A stretch of DNA of 64,000 bases from Octopus sinensis (Eukaryota). The stretch's first letter is position 1; every line of letters begins with the position of its first letter. The position numbers and the translations under genes were made by a program. The stretch lies in NCBI RefSeq assembly GCF_006345805.1, contig NC_043000.1, positions 87,110,001 to 87,174,000 of the forward strand, read 5' to 3'. The notes beneath the pieces are model-generated. The model did not search any database, was not told where the DNA came from, and saw only the letters and a list, made by a program, of their open reading frames with translations. Below, piece after piece: positions 13,631 to 26,423 of the stretch.

Positions 13631-13734
13631 TGGGCCTAGAAGAAGAGGACACGTGTTCGTGACATAAGTTTTCTTTAAAAGCTGTTTTATTTGTTGATAT
13701 TCAAATTTTGTTGAACAGTTAACTAATCAATTGC

Positions 13735-16335
13735 GATAATGTGGATCCTCGTCCGCTTGTATGTTATTGTCGGCATTGTAATATTCTTCCGTTTTTATAC
13801 GACCTCATATACACTTTATCACCAATTTTGAAAAAGTTTAGATTGTCTTTCCTGATACTTTTTCTGTTCACGCTAGGTGACAGTTTAATCAAAAACTGAT
13901 TTCACCTTCCTCGCGAACATCAGTTCAGTTGGTAAGCTTCCTGCAGGTGTACTGGGGCTCAGTGTCACCCTGTATATCCTTAGGAATTGCTGCAGACTTC
14001 CTTGTTTGCTTTTCTCAAAGTTCTTTTAACAATGTCCACAAAACGCTCTGCCTGTCCATTTGATCTGGGATGGTAAGGCTATTGTTTTATCTTCTAACGT
14101 GAACATTTCACAGAATTTTCTAAATCCACTGGATACAATCACGTCTTGCGAATAATTCGTACAAAATTTTTTTTACCGTTTCGTAGGTTGGTCTTTTGCT
14201 CTTAACAATTTTCGGCCATTTTGTAAAACTGTCAACTAATACTAAATAGTAATAACCATTTAACGAACCCGCAAAATCGATATGTAGTCTTGACCATAGA
14301 ATTTTTACTTCTGGTCAACACTCCTATTTTTGAGTAGGCAGTTTCGCTGCCAGAGCACATCCTCTGTCGCATTTTACGTTTTCAAGTTCTTTGCCCATCT
14401 TCGGCCAATACACATAATTGCGCATAAGCGCCTTCATCCTTGCGATTCACAGTTGTTCAATATGTAATTCTTTCAATATTCATTTTTGTAAAGTTTCAGG
14501 CATCACTATCCTTTGGCCATGCTTCAGTATACCGTTGCATGTTGAATATATATTTATCTGTTGCTGTTTTTTCTTACCGAACCTATTTTTGTTTTCTTTA
14601 GCTGACCACAGCTAAAGTTCATTGTGTTTCATTAATGAACTTATCTTTTGACGCATGTCGCTTTATTTCCTCCAGAGTTATTGGTTACTCTCTTACAATG
14701 CTCCACATTATGTATTTAATTTCCCCTTCGTTTCTTAGGGCTGCTATTACTGTGTCCTTGAATGGCTCACCATTTCTGGGTATTAACCTGGATAGGCCAT
14801 TGGATAGGCCATTATCATGTCCTAGCTTTTTCGAAGGTAAATATTCTATTGCGTAGTCGTAGCTTAGTAGTATGGTGCCCCATCACTGCAAACTGTTTGC
14901 TGTATGTATTGGGATTCCTTTCTTGGATCTATAAATCGTTAGCAACGGGCGATGGTCTGTTTGTTGTCTAAACCGTATATCGTGTATAAGTTTGTAGAAC
15001 TTTTTTATGCCAAATATAATCGCCAATGTCTCTTACAATTTAGCTATAATTTTTTTCCGCTGGCAATAGCGTCCTTGACGCGTGAGCTACGGCCTTTCGG
15101 TTGCCATCTTCACATTTGTGTAGGAGCACAGCACCTACCCCGTATTCACTAGCATCTTTTGCCAGTATCGTTTCCAACTTCGGATCAAAGTGTGCAAGCG
15201 ACAGGTTTGAGGGTAACATGCTTTTAGTTCCTCAAATGCCTTCTGGCATTTTTCTGACCAAAACCATTTGGCGTCCTTTTTAACAGCTCCTTTAGTGGAG
15301 CCCTTGTGTTGTGTATGTTCGGGATATATACTTGATAGTAGTTTACCAAGCCTAAAAATGCTTGTAACAATTTGACGTTCGTTGGGGGAAGCATATTCCG
15401 TATTGCCGTCGCCCTTGATGGGTCTAGCTTTCGTCTCCTTTCGTCAATTACTTGACCCAAATATTTGATCTATTACTTAAAACAATACACACTTTTCCTC
15501 TGTTAGTCTAAAACCATATTCATTTATTTTCCCGAATAGTTTTTTTAATATGTTCGAAGTGTTGCTTCACTGACTCGCCCTTTATCAAAATATCATCGAG
15601 ATAAGTCATAACGAAGTCGCAATCGCTTAGCATTGCGTCCACCACTTGTTGGAATATGACAAGTGCTATTTTTACTCCAAAAGGAATCCGCTTGAATTTA
15701 CACAATCCATAATGTGTGTTGATTGTTAAAAGGTATTTGTAGATAGGTAGCCGAGAGGTCTAGCTTCGAGAAAAAATTTCCTCCATTTAGTCTTGTTCAA
15801 ATCTTCGGTAATATGCCCCGAAAGTGATTCCTTCTTCTGGGACATATCTAAATTCATTCATTGAATTTGCTACATGGTCTGGCGAATTTTTCAGTTTTGT
15901 TACCAACTTCGTTAGTTGTAGCATTTGTTGCTGTATCATTTGTTGTTGTTCTTGTTCTTTGAGTTGGTGTTGCTGTTTTTTCAACTCAGCTAAATCCTCT
16001 AACAAATTTTCCATAATTTTACGGAATTTTCGTAAAATATGTACTCCAGAAACGTTTGTTACTCCTCTGTCAAGTTTTTAATTTCTCCGTGTGAAAAATT
16101 TTTCAACGTTGTCCGCGTGAATCGTTTATATCCTTGCCGCCACTGTTAGAATGTGGATCTTCGTCCACTTGTATGATATTGTCGGCACTGTAATATTCTT
16201 GTCGTTACTATTATGTTGTGGCGGTATTCCGCGTTTTATTATCTTTGACTCGTCTATCGTGCTATCGCTGACAGCCCCGCAAGACAATGACTTTGAAACG
16301 TCTACCTTAACGGTAACTCAAACTTGTATATAACA
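13735..16335 (-). mobile_element. Ty3/Gypsy LTR retrotransposon (Mag-like), heavily deleted and frameshifted
   Basis: 5' LTR 16144-16335 (TG..CA) followed by PBS TGGCG; gag-like ORF 15787-16014; RT with PFGVK and YLDD (15520-15705); RT C-terminal part FLGLVNYY (15224-15460); integrase GHP and HIDFAG motifs; about 60-bp 3' LTR remnant near 13738-13797. Confidence 0.9.
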
Positions 16336-17439
16336 CGTAACTGACACTGACTCCAGCTGAGAACTCGTACAACGATTCTACAACTACTGGCCTTCTAGTG
16401 GCTCTCATACCACTTTGTCACTGCAAGCGGAGCGAGCTAGTCCGGCAAGAATTTTTCCTTTAAGGGTCAATTTTGAAATTTAAAAGTGAAACTTTAATAT
16501 TTTAAAATAAAAATATCAATATGGCCTCCTAAATCGAGGAAAGCGATGGCTGTTGAAATAACCGCTATGACATCGTTTTCTCACCACTAGTTGGTGTGAT
16601 CGAGAAACGAAGCAAGGACAACGGCAGCAGTAGCAACAACAACAAAAGCAGTAACAGCAGCAGCAGCAGCAGCAACAACAACAACAGAAGCAGCAGCAGT
16701 AGTGATGAGTAAAGTATGTTTAAAAACTAGCTTAAAAGCCGCACTCCATGGAGACTTTTGCGGTGGCTCCTGCGGAGGGGTAATTGGGCCTGCGACCCAA
16801 AACTAAAGCTACATAGTATGACTATAATACATCTATGAAAATTATATGCTCCTGTGGTGTTTGATCAGAGGTTAAGGACGGATGAGAACTAGTTCCAGTC
16901 CCAAGTTGAATTTCAACTTTTGGCCAATTTGTCTCGACGCAAAATTAACGAAGCGAAAGGCGTTTGTCTCCCTGATCCCTGACGTCATATGACAAATTCC
17001 CCTAAAATAGCAAGAATTAGCCAAGCTTTAGCTGCTAGAAATAGCAACCTAAATGCTTTTAAATCAGATCCCAATGCTGGATGTTCAAGAACCAAATCAA
17101 GGGCAGATTTTCAATTCCGGGATCATTCTGATTCCAAAAAGGTATGATATGTCTATTATACCAGTGCAAATGTAGGCTGAGATACAGAGACCCCACATGG
17201 ACAGACGGAACTTCGCTATTATTATTATAGATGGCGCAAGCACGACTTCCATCACCATCCCCTCACTACAAGCATTTGCACAACGACAACAGCGGTCGTT
17301 CTTTTTTCTCAGCAGAATGGGAATGATTTCGCACAAACTTGTCGGAAAATGTCAAAAGTCGAGTTGACTGAAAATATTGAACGACGCTAAGCGGCACTCA
17401 TCAAAGGATGGGAGAAGGATGGGAGAACAGTCTTCCTTA

Positions 17440-18955
17440 ACATACAGGAAGAGGTGAAAGAAGACACGAAAAAAAAAAAATAAATGTACATCATTAAAGA
17501 CGAGGAGACTGGAGCGAGCGATGCAGACTTAGAACGAAAAATGCCTGAGGTCGGTCTAAAAACTTATGTTGCTCGAGAGAGACACTTTGACACAGTTGCA
17601 ATAAGGTTTTCAACTGAAGAATTAGCCAAAGAATATGCAACAACAACCTTCAAAAGTGAGGAATTTTGGCTAATTCCGACATACCTCAGCTGGAGGGTCT
17701 TTAAAAGAAAGGTTCCAACAGATGCGGACATCTCTTAGCTGGTAGCAGCCGTATTATACGGCATAGAAAACGAAAGAAAAACTCTACAAGTCCACAAGAT
17801 GAGAAAGGAGAATTGATCAGACATGGGCATGGAATTGTATTTACATGCCGACCTGGGATATCGAAGTGATCCCTGACCTGATCAGCCTATCTAATGGAAC
17901 GCAGCCAAGATGCCTAATTAGTGTCGAAACACTATTTAAAGGCTTTCTACCCCATGCAAAGAAAAGACAACTCTAACACAACAACAACAGCAACAGCAGC
18001 ACCACCAACAACATCAACAGCATCAGTGCTATGAGCAGCAGCATCCAAAACCAAAACAACATCATCTACAGAAAGAGTAGCAAGAGAGATCTTTCAACAT
18101 CAGCAGTAACCACCGATACCACACCCGAGAAAAACAATAACGCCACCTACATCATTACAACCGAGAGAAGCCTCAACCCCACCAGTGGACCAAACCACCA
18201 GCGTGGATATGCAGACGTTCCTTTCCTTGCCACATATCTTCAGATTGTGAAAACTTATCTAGCAAGAAAAAGTCTTGGAAACCCACCAGAATGGATCCGA
18301 AGAAAAAAATAGAAAAAAATTACAAAATGAAAAGCGCGTTACATGATGATCAGAAGAGGAGATACAGAAACCAACAAACCATCACACACCCATACACCCT
18401 AAACCAAAGCAATTACAAACATCTCCAACCCTACAAAAGCCACCAACATTTCAGACGTCTCAACAAACGAAAACACATAGCAATCCAGGCCGAAAACACG
18501 AATAGCACTCTCAAGGTATCACTTTCAGTGAATACGAGATTTACTTATCTCCATGATAACTGGAAATGAGGGGCGGTTGGAACTGCGGTGTTGTTTTGCA
18601 AAGGTCTGGAACTCAAGATAAGGACTATCTTCCTGGACCCAGAAGGGATGCTGATAGTCCTGGATGTGAATAGAAGCGACACGAGTGCCTTCGGACTGGT
18701 GGTTGTTTATGCTCCGACATGATCAGGACATCCAGATTTCTTTAGACGTCTGGACGTTTTCCTGAGAGTGTCTCAACCTTTAGTACTAATGGGTGATTGG
18801 GCCATCTTGGAAACACGTTTGTATTGTGTGAGTCTAGCAGTCAGAAGAGTGGAGTGGCAAAAGTCTTGCAAGCCTGCTCAGATTTTTCAACTATCTGACG
18901 GGTACTGACTGGATTTCTGAATGTGCCATTGGGACGTGGACGAACCGCTTTAAGT
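17440..18955 (+). mobile_element. L1/Tx1-like LINE 5' fragment (ORF1 remnant plus APE endonuclease remnant)
   Basis: About 18570-18860 reads FLDPEGMLIVLDV..FGLVVVYAPT..FFRRLDVFL..LVLMGD, typical of L1/Tx1 endonucleases; ORF1 assignment is positional inference. Confidence 0.65.
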
Positions 18956-18977
18956 AATTCACCACTTTAAGGCACTT

Positions 18978-19190
18978 TAAGGCAGCGAGCAGGCAGAGTT
19001 GTTTGCACACCGGGCAAAATGTTTAGCGGTATTTCGTCTATCTTTACGTTCTGAGTTCAAATTCCGCAGAGGTCGACTTTGGCTTTTATCCTTTTTAGGG
19101 TCGATAAAATAAATACCCGTTGAGCACTGGGGTCGATGTAATTGACTTAGCTCCTCCCCCAAAATTCTCGGCCTTGTGTCAAATTATTAT
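18978..19190 (+). mobile_element. SINE family A
   Basis: Head, core and tail present. Confidence 0.9.
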
Positions 19191-19367
19191 TATTATTGTT
19201 GTTATTGTTATTAATACCATTATTATTATTAATATATGTTTATTTTAATTTTACAGTAAACAGCGGCAGTGCGGGTAAGTACATAAAATTATTTCTATAA
19301 ATTTGTACTTGATTAAAAAACTGGTGAGGTAATAATTTATTGGTTATAATAGTAACTTAATTCTTTA

Positions 19368-19580
19368 AAGTGGTGAGCTGGCATAATCATTAGCACCCCG
19401 GGCAAAAGTTTTAGCTGCATTTCGTCCATTTTCATGTTCTGAGTTGAAATTTCGCCGAGGTTGACTTTACCTTTCTTCTTTATAGGTTCGATAAAATAAG
19501 TACCAGTTGAGCATTGGGATTAATGCAATCGACATAACCCTTCTCTCGAAGTTACTGGCCTTGTGCCAAAATTTGAAACT
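19368..19580 (+). mobile_element. SINE family A (older)
   Basis: Diverged but collinear with other copies. Confidence 0.85.
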
Positions 19581-19599
19581 AATATTGATTTACTTGTTT

Positions 19600-19987
19600 A
19601 AAGCGGCGAGATGGCAGAAACGTTAGCACGCCGAGCGAAATGCTTAGCGGTGTTTCGTCAGCCGTTACGTTCTGAGTTCAAATTCCGCCGCGCTCGACTT
19701 TGCCTTTCATCCTTTCGGGGTCGATTAAATAAGTACCATTTACGCACTGGGGTCGATATAATCGACTTAATCCGTTTGTCTGTCCTTGTTTGTCCTCTCT
19801 GTGTTTAGCCCCTTGTGGGTAGTAAAGAAATAGGTATTTCGTCTGTCTTCACTTTCTGAGTTGAAATTCCGCCGAAGTCGACTTTGCCATTCATCCTTTC
19901 AGAGCCAGTTAAATAAGAATCAGTTGAGTTGGAATTAACGTAATCGATTTGCCCCCTCCGCCGAACTTATGTCAAAATCTGGAACCG
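19600..19987 (+). mobile_element. Compound SINE family A (tail-2 copy nested in an older copy)
   Basis: One head, two cores; ggtrtttcgtcwg repeated at 19649-19661 and 19833-19845; outer near-repeat atattratttactt at 19582-19595 and 19988-20001. Confidence 0.85.
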
Positions 19988-20329
19988 ATATTAATTTACT
20001 TCTTCGTATACTTAGAAAATGTGAAGCAGAGCATCAAAATTTCATATTTACGGTAACTGAAAAGATATAGACAGAATTGTAATAAGCTTTTAACCTAATT
20101 TACTGAACACAAGAAGTCACTAACAACCAATGTACTTAAAGAAAAACGATACAAGAAAACAATGTTTTTTCCCCACCTCTTAATTGCAATACGTCTCTAT
20201 AAGCGGACAAAAATAGTTTGTGAAATATTCTAAATCTGAATAATTTGAGACACCGACATCAAGGGTCTCATATGTATATTTCTTAAGAGTTGGTTCATTG
20301 TATACAGTGATTTTAATCATGAATTCGTT

Positions 20330-21030
20330 GAAGGAGATTACGTTTAGCCATGACGTTTTTGTCTGTTCACTGATGTTTGTGTTTGCTTTTCAAAATAGAC
20401 AATGACCTTTAAAATTTTCGACAAAGTTTTGTCAGAATTAGATTTAAAGTTGTTCAGAACTTGGGTAATCTTTCCGTTCAGGTTGATTTAAATTCTATAA
20501 TTGTAATTACGATTAACGTAAACAAACAAACGGAGTTTGCTTTAGAAGCGTTGAGATGTCTTAGAAAGTTTAAGAAGTGATTTTAAATTCTCAAACGCAG
20601 GATAATGCTAATAATATAGCCTGGACAGGATAAGGTACCAGGATAAGTAAGAAGTGTTGGCGACTGGCTGGTAGACTCGAACTCACACCTCCCTGATTAC
20701 GCGTCGCGGTGCTCTGAACCATTAAGCTTAACCGCCCACGAATTCTTCCATAAATTTAAGATATATAGAAATCTTGCTTTATGAGACGTTATCATAGGTT
20801 CTACAATTGTATTTAAACGTACACATTGAGCGGTGTCTTTTCTTTTCGCGAGCTGTTTTGTAACGTTACTTGGCTTATTCCTTTATATGTGTATGTATCG
20901 TTTAAATAGATATGCTGCAAGGTGTGTAATATTTAAAGTATTTATATAAAGATATTCGTATGTAATCTGACTGCACACTTTAGCTCAACTTTTCCAATAT
21001 TTGGTATGTTGTCTTCATATGAGCAGTAAT
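20330..21030 (+). repeat. About 430-bp dispersed repeat (copy 1, interrupted by an insertion at 20506-20811)
   Basis: Collinear with 22515-22925. Confidence 0.85.
20661..20737 (-). ncRNA. tRNA-derived (Thr-like) SINE head or tRNA pseudogene within a 300-bp insertion
   Basis: A box taagcttaatgg, B box gagttcgagtc, anticodon-loop remnant cg-cgt-aa; stems imperfect, so not a functional tRNA. Confidence 0.6.
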
Positions 21031-21206
21031 TACACTCGCCCGAGTATCGGATTTACCACAACGGTCACCATTGTATGTATGTATGTATGTATGTATGTAT
21101 GTATGTATGTATGTATGTATGTATGTATGTATGTATGTATGTATGTATGTATGTATGTATGTATGTATGTATCTTACTTTTTGCATCAGCAGTGCGATTC
21201 ACTTAT

Positions 21207-21520
21207 GGAGGCGCAAAGGCCCAGTGGTTTGGGCAGCGGACTCGCGGTCGGAGGATCGTGGTTTCGATTCCCAGACCGGGCGTTGTGTGTGTTTATTGAG
21301 CGAAAACACTTAAAAGTTCCACGAGGTTCCGGCAGGGGGTGGTGGCGACCCCTGTTGTACTCTTTCGCCACAACTTTCTCTCACTCTCTCTCTTCCTATT
21401 TTTTGAGTAACGCTGCGATGGACTGGCGTCAGGTCCAGTTGGGGGAAACACATACGCCACAGAAACCGAGAAACCGGGCCCATGAGCCTGGCTAGGCTTG
21501 AAAGGTGCGAAGAAGAAAGA
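21207..21520 (+). mobile_element. tRNA-derived SINE, family C
   Basis: ggaggcgcaaaggcccagtgg A-box region, gtttcgattcc B box, GAA tail; TSD agtgcgattca at 21191-21201 and 21521-21531. Confidence 0.92.
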
Positions 21521-21934
21521 AGTGCGATTCAGTCACTTTTAAGTTATCTCTACAGGATTTCTATTGAATTTAGAGTCAACACTGAAAGTTACGACATTTT
21601 GTATACGAATATGTCTACATAAACATTGCGATCGAAGATAGAAAATAGGTAATGAGTGTATATCTATATTTCAGGAGATATTGCTCCTTCTTCAGCACTA
21701 TCCAACCCATTAACCACCCACGAACGCTTTCCTTAATTAACCAATAAGTTTAGCGGAGTAACACCATTGGATAAACCAATTTACATATCAATCATGTTCC
21801 TGAGAATAAGTACATACATATTAATTGCTGGTAGGGACACTGTATTTCATTTTGCAACCATAATATATTACCAAGTATATTTAAGATTTATAATTCAATA
21901 CTGTGTCCTACTTTTTGTGTTAGCAGTGCGAGTC

Positions 21935-22128
21935 AATCACTTCTTAAAGATTTTCTCTACAGATTTTCTATAGAATTTAGAGCCAGCACTGAAAATTACG
22001 AAGAATACGTTTGTGTAAATAATACGATCGAATATAGAAAATTAGATAATAGGTATGTGAAATGACGTAACTTGTAGTGGTTCTCTAAATTCTATAGAAA
22101 ATCTGTAGAGATAATTTAAAAGTGTTGT
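21935..22128. mobile_element. MITE-like element with about 40-bp inverted repeats
   Basis: ctctacagattttctatagaatttagag vs ctctaaattctatagaaaatctgtagag; a half copy lies at about 21535-21680. Confidence 0.55.
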
Positions 22129-22514
22129 GTATATCCTTGCGTGGGAAGTATAACCTATCTACACCTCCATTGATGTTGAAGCTTTCTGTTACACTGGGCA
22201 GCCTGCAAGTTTGAACATCTGTCTCATTGAGTTCTTGTTGAGGTCAGTTTAGAAGGGCAAACGTAGGCGTGTAGACAGGTACTATGCAAAGGTGTTGTGG
22301 GCGATGCTTGTTGCCAGCTGAGAGTTCTGACGATCATACTCTCTTTCCTCTCCTGAGATATTCATTCTAATTCTGGGTGTCTGGAATTCCACAATTTTTT
22401 AGCCTTTGCATAAACCAAACTTTCTGGGATAAGATTGTATATATATTCTTCATATGAATCTTTGTTAATAGCGTTAGTTTATTGTATATACAGTGTGTAC
22501 AGTTACGAACTGGT

Positions 22515-22925
22515 CGAAGGAGACTACACTTAGCCATGATGATTTTGTCTATTCACTGATATTTGTGTTTGTTTGTTTTTCAAAATAGGCAATAGACAAT
22601 TTTCGATAGTTTTGTCAGAATTAAATTTAAAGCTGTTTAGAACTTGGGTAATCTTTCCCTTCAGGTTGTTTTTAATTCTACAATTGTATTTAAACGTACA
22701 TATTGAGCTGTGTTCTTGTTTTTGTGAACTGTTGTTAACCGTTATTTGGCTTATTCCTTTATATGTGTAACGTCACAGCGTTGTTGTGTGTGTATCATTT
22801 GTATATATTTGCTGCAAGGTATGTAATATTTAAAGTATTTATATAGAAATATTTGTATGTAATCTGACTGCACTCTGTAGCTCAACTTTTCAAATATTTG
22901 GTATGTTGCTTTCATATGAGCAGTT
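22515..22925 (+). repeat. About 430-bp dispersed repeat (copy 2, uninterrupted)
   Basis: Collinear with 20330-21030 minus the insertion. Confidence 0.85.
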
Positions 22926-22944
22926 CAAATATCGGATTGACCAT

Positions 22945-23641
22945 TAGAGGTGGTCAAAAAGTTTCCGTACTGGTTATGTTTAATAAAAAAAAAAGCTTAT
23001 TTGCTTAAGTTTTAACGTCATCTCTTTCGAAGTAGTCACCTTACGTAGCAATAAACCGGTCTCAACGTTACTGCTAATTTTAGAATCCAGCCTGGAAGTC
23101 GTTTTCCGTAAGCGAGTCGAGAACCTTCTGCAGTTCGTTCTGCATCTCCACAACGGTATTAAAACGGTGACCATTCAGCTGCATTTTCAACTCGGGGAAG
23201 AGATGGAAATCCGCAGGTGCTAAATCTGGCGAATAGGGCAGGTGTGGATAACAATGTTTTTGGCGAGAAACTCACGCGTGATGAGAACTCGGTGACAGGG
23301 TGTATTGTCGTCGTGAAGAATCTAATTCGTCGCGCTCCACAGATCTGGTCGCTCTACCGACTGTCCTCTTTCAAACAATTCAAAACGTTGCAGCAGAACT
23401 CTCGAGTGACGGTCTGGCCCTGGACGACGAATTCTCGGTGCACAATGCCACATTTCCGGGGTTGACGCTCGTGGCAGGTCTTCCAGATCGCTCATCGCCC
23501 TCCAGGGACGTTCTTCCGCTTTTGAAGTACCCGTGCTTCATTGCACATGACCCATGCTCAATGTCTCTGTAGTAGACTTCCGAAGTTTAACGCAAAATTT
23601 CACGTCGTCTTTTTGCCCTGCTCTCCTCGTAATACATTTGA

Positions 23642-23645
<4 letters not shown>
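22945..23645 (-). mobile_element. mariner transposon, internally deleted pseudogene
   Basis: N-terminal [14 protein letters not shown]; C-terminal LHHDNTPCH and APADFHLFPELK motifs; TIR-like tagaggtggtcaaaaagtttccgtac. Confidence 0.85.
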
Positions 23646-23705
<60 letters not shown>

Positions 23706-23760
23706 CATATAGACATACACAGGTATGTATATGTATATACATATGCATATACATACATGT

Positions 23761-23823
<63 letters not shown>

Positions 23824-23829
<6 letters not shown>

Positions 23830-24684
23830 CAACAATTGAGGGCAAAATTAATTAATTATTAATCAATTTCACCAAGTGTTCAGTATGCAAAGGGACCATT
23901 CAAGGCGAATTCAAATTATTACATTATATAAAAGGGCTTAGTAAAATAAATTACTTTGCCGCATACTGAACTCATTAGAAATAGCAGCTAAAAAACTTTT
24001 TTAAGGCTATTTCTAATACTTAAAGAAAATCTCTCTCATATATAGTGTTTGCTTAATTCAACTCACAAAAGTTTGGGGGTAAGGACATCGAAAAATCAAA
24101 TGCTAAGGTTATTCGAGAACGTACGTTTCAAGATTAGTCAAAACAACATTTCTATCATCGGCTCAGAAATTCCTTGGTTTGGATTTGGAAACACTGAAAA
24201 TAAGAACATACCCTTTCGAAGATCTGCTCCCAACTAACAGTGCCAACAAATTCAAAATAAGCAAGCGAAGAATTCTGTTCTCCCCTTTCACCAGCGTGGG
24301 TTAAAATCATCAAACACTATGCTTATTTCGGTAAAATCCGAAGCATTAATCAGAGGGAGATTAATTATAATTTCAACAATTGAGGGCAAAATTAATTAAT
24401 TATTAATCAATTTCACCAAGTGTTCAGTATGCAAAGGGACCATTCAAGGCGAATTCAAATTATTACATTATATAAAAGGGCTTAGTAAAATAATTACTTT
24501 GCCGCATACTGAACTCATTAGAAATAGCAGCTAAAAAACTTTTTTAAGGCTATTTCTAATACTTAAAGAAAATCTCTCTCATATATAGTGTTTGCTTAAT
24601 TCAACTCACAAAAGTTTGGGGGTAAGGACATCGAAAAATCAAATGCTAAGGTTATTCGAGAACGTACGTTTCAAGATTAGTCAA

Positions 24685-24688
<4 letters not shown>
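23824..24688 (-). repeat. Partial tandem repeat: one 544-bp unit plus a near-identical 321-bp partial unit, inside (TA)n
   Basis: taatttcaacaattgaggg at 23824 and 24368; third copy at 43588-43977. Confidence 0.95.
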
Positions 24689-24720
<32 letters not shown>

Positions 24721-25707
24721 GTACACGTATAAGGTGACCGCTTCCTCCTCGAGTGTAAGATAACAATGCCGGTACGTCAAGCGATGCTTGTGCATGGAGC
24801 TTTTTAAAATAAGGAGAAGTCTTGCACACAACCACTCCCACTCTCTGAAGAACGACTACAGATAATTCAAAAAGAAGAACTAGTCAACATCATTGGCTTT
24901 CATCGAGTCGTTGGTTTTACATAGGAGTTTTCCTTCTCCTAGAGTAATGTCCTAAAAAGAATTGGGGGTCGCTCACTCCCAGTAATGCGGTACAGCATGT
25001 TTACATTCTCATTCCCATGTTCTCTGTTGAATGAGCCAATTGTGCATACCCATTGTTGAGTAAGTGTCAAATTTCTGCGCGACCACTGTGTTTTCCGTAC
25101 CAAGGTCATTATTATAGTTTGTCGATAACTGTGACAGGGACTACCACTGCCTTTGTCAGAAATAACAGGGCCAAGCTTGGGTACACAGTAGTGGATGACC
25201 GTTGACAGGTTTTATTTTCCATCTCGCTGGGTGTCCAATCCACCTTCTCACTGAGTCAGATTATTGGCGTTAGCAGTTTAGTTGCCGACCGACCGATAAT
25301 GTAGTAGGTTGTTTGGATTATATGTTACCAGTAATGGTCACAAGTGACTCGATATAAATATGTATATGCATATATGCATAAACATAAATGTGTATATATA
25401 TGTGTGCTTGTGTACATGTATATATATATGTATGTGTGTATATATGTAGAAATGTGTACATGTATATATATATGTGTGTATATATATATGTATAAATGTA
25501 TATATATATTCATTCCTATATCTATACACGCATACACACGCGCGTGCACACGCACACACACACACAAACATACACACACACACACAAATATACGAATTTG
25601 TATTGTAAGATTCCTGATGTGAAATCGTGTGTTGAAGCAGATATTTCGGGATGGCCATTTTTTTTTAAAATGACCATCCCGAAATATATATATATATATA
25701 TACACCT

Positions 25708-26120
25708 AGGCGCAGGAGTGGCTGTGTGGTAAGTAGCTTGCTTACCAACCACATGGTTCCGGGTTCAGTCCCACTGCGAGGCACCTTGGGCAAGTGTCTT
25801 CTACTATAACCTCGGGCCGACCAAAGCCTTGTGAGTGGATTTGGTAGACGGAAACTGAAAGAAGCCCGTCTTATATATGTATATATATATATGTGCGTGT
25901 GTGTTTGTGTGTCTGTGTTTGTCCCCCTAGTATTGCTTGACAACCGTTGCTGGTGTGTTTATGTCCCCGTTACTTAGCGGTTCGGCAAAAGAAACCGATA
26001 GAATAAGTACTGTGCTTACAAAGAATAAGTCCCGGGGTTGAGTTGCTCGATCAAAGGCGGTACTCCAGCATGGCCGCAGTCAAATGACTGAAACAAGTAA
26101 AAAGAGTAAAAAGAGTAAAG
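25708..26120 (+). mobile_element. tRNA-derived SINE, family B (full length)
   Basis: aggcgcaggagtggctgtgtggtaag head, internal (TA)/(TG) tract, aaaagagt tail; acct duplicated at 25704-25707 and 26121-26124. Confidence 0.95.
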
Positions 26121-26423
26121 ACCTTGTCTGAAGATATACAAATCGGTTTTATTTTTTAATAAAGTGAATGTACACGTACATAGGAAGCTGACATTTTAGG
26201 ATGTGGGTACAAATGCTCTTTCTTAATTATGGCTAAAATTTGACATAGATCCAATCTGCTTTCGTTAGTAATTGAGCATTTACTGAAATTGGCTGTCTGA
26301 AGTTATTATACAAATGCTGGAATTGTTATTTGCTCTGCGGATCAGAACAATTAAAATATATGAACCCATCATGAAATTTTTACTAATTCAAAGAACAATA
26401 TTTTTATATGTAGCTGAAACAAT

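Noticed and set aside
24300-24375. Hammerhead at the 544-bp unit junction (CTGATTA..CCGAAA, minus strand)
   Set aside because: G8 is replaced without compensation and helix I does not form by eye; kept only as a lead.
24720-25350. GC-richer block that might be a retroelement fragment
   Set aside because: No diagnostic motif found in any frame read by eye.
25641-25687. 21-bp-arm palindrome atatttcgggatggccattt / aaaatgaccatcccgaaatat
   Set aside because: Probably a TIR-only remnant of a Tc1/mariner element; too short to classify.
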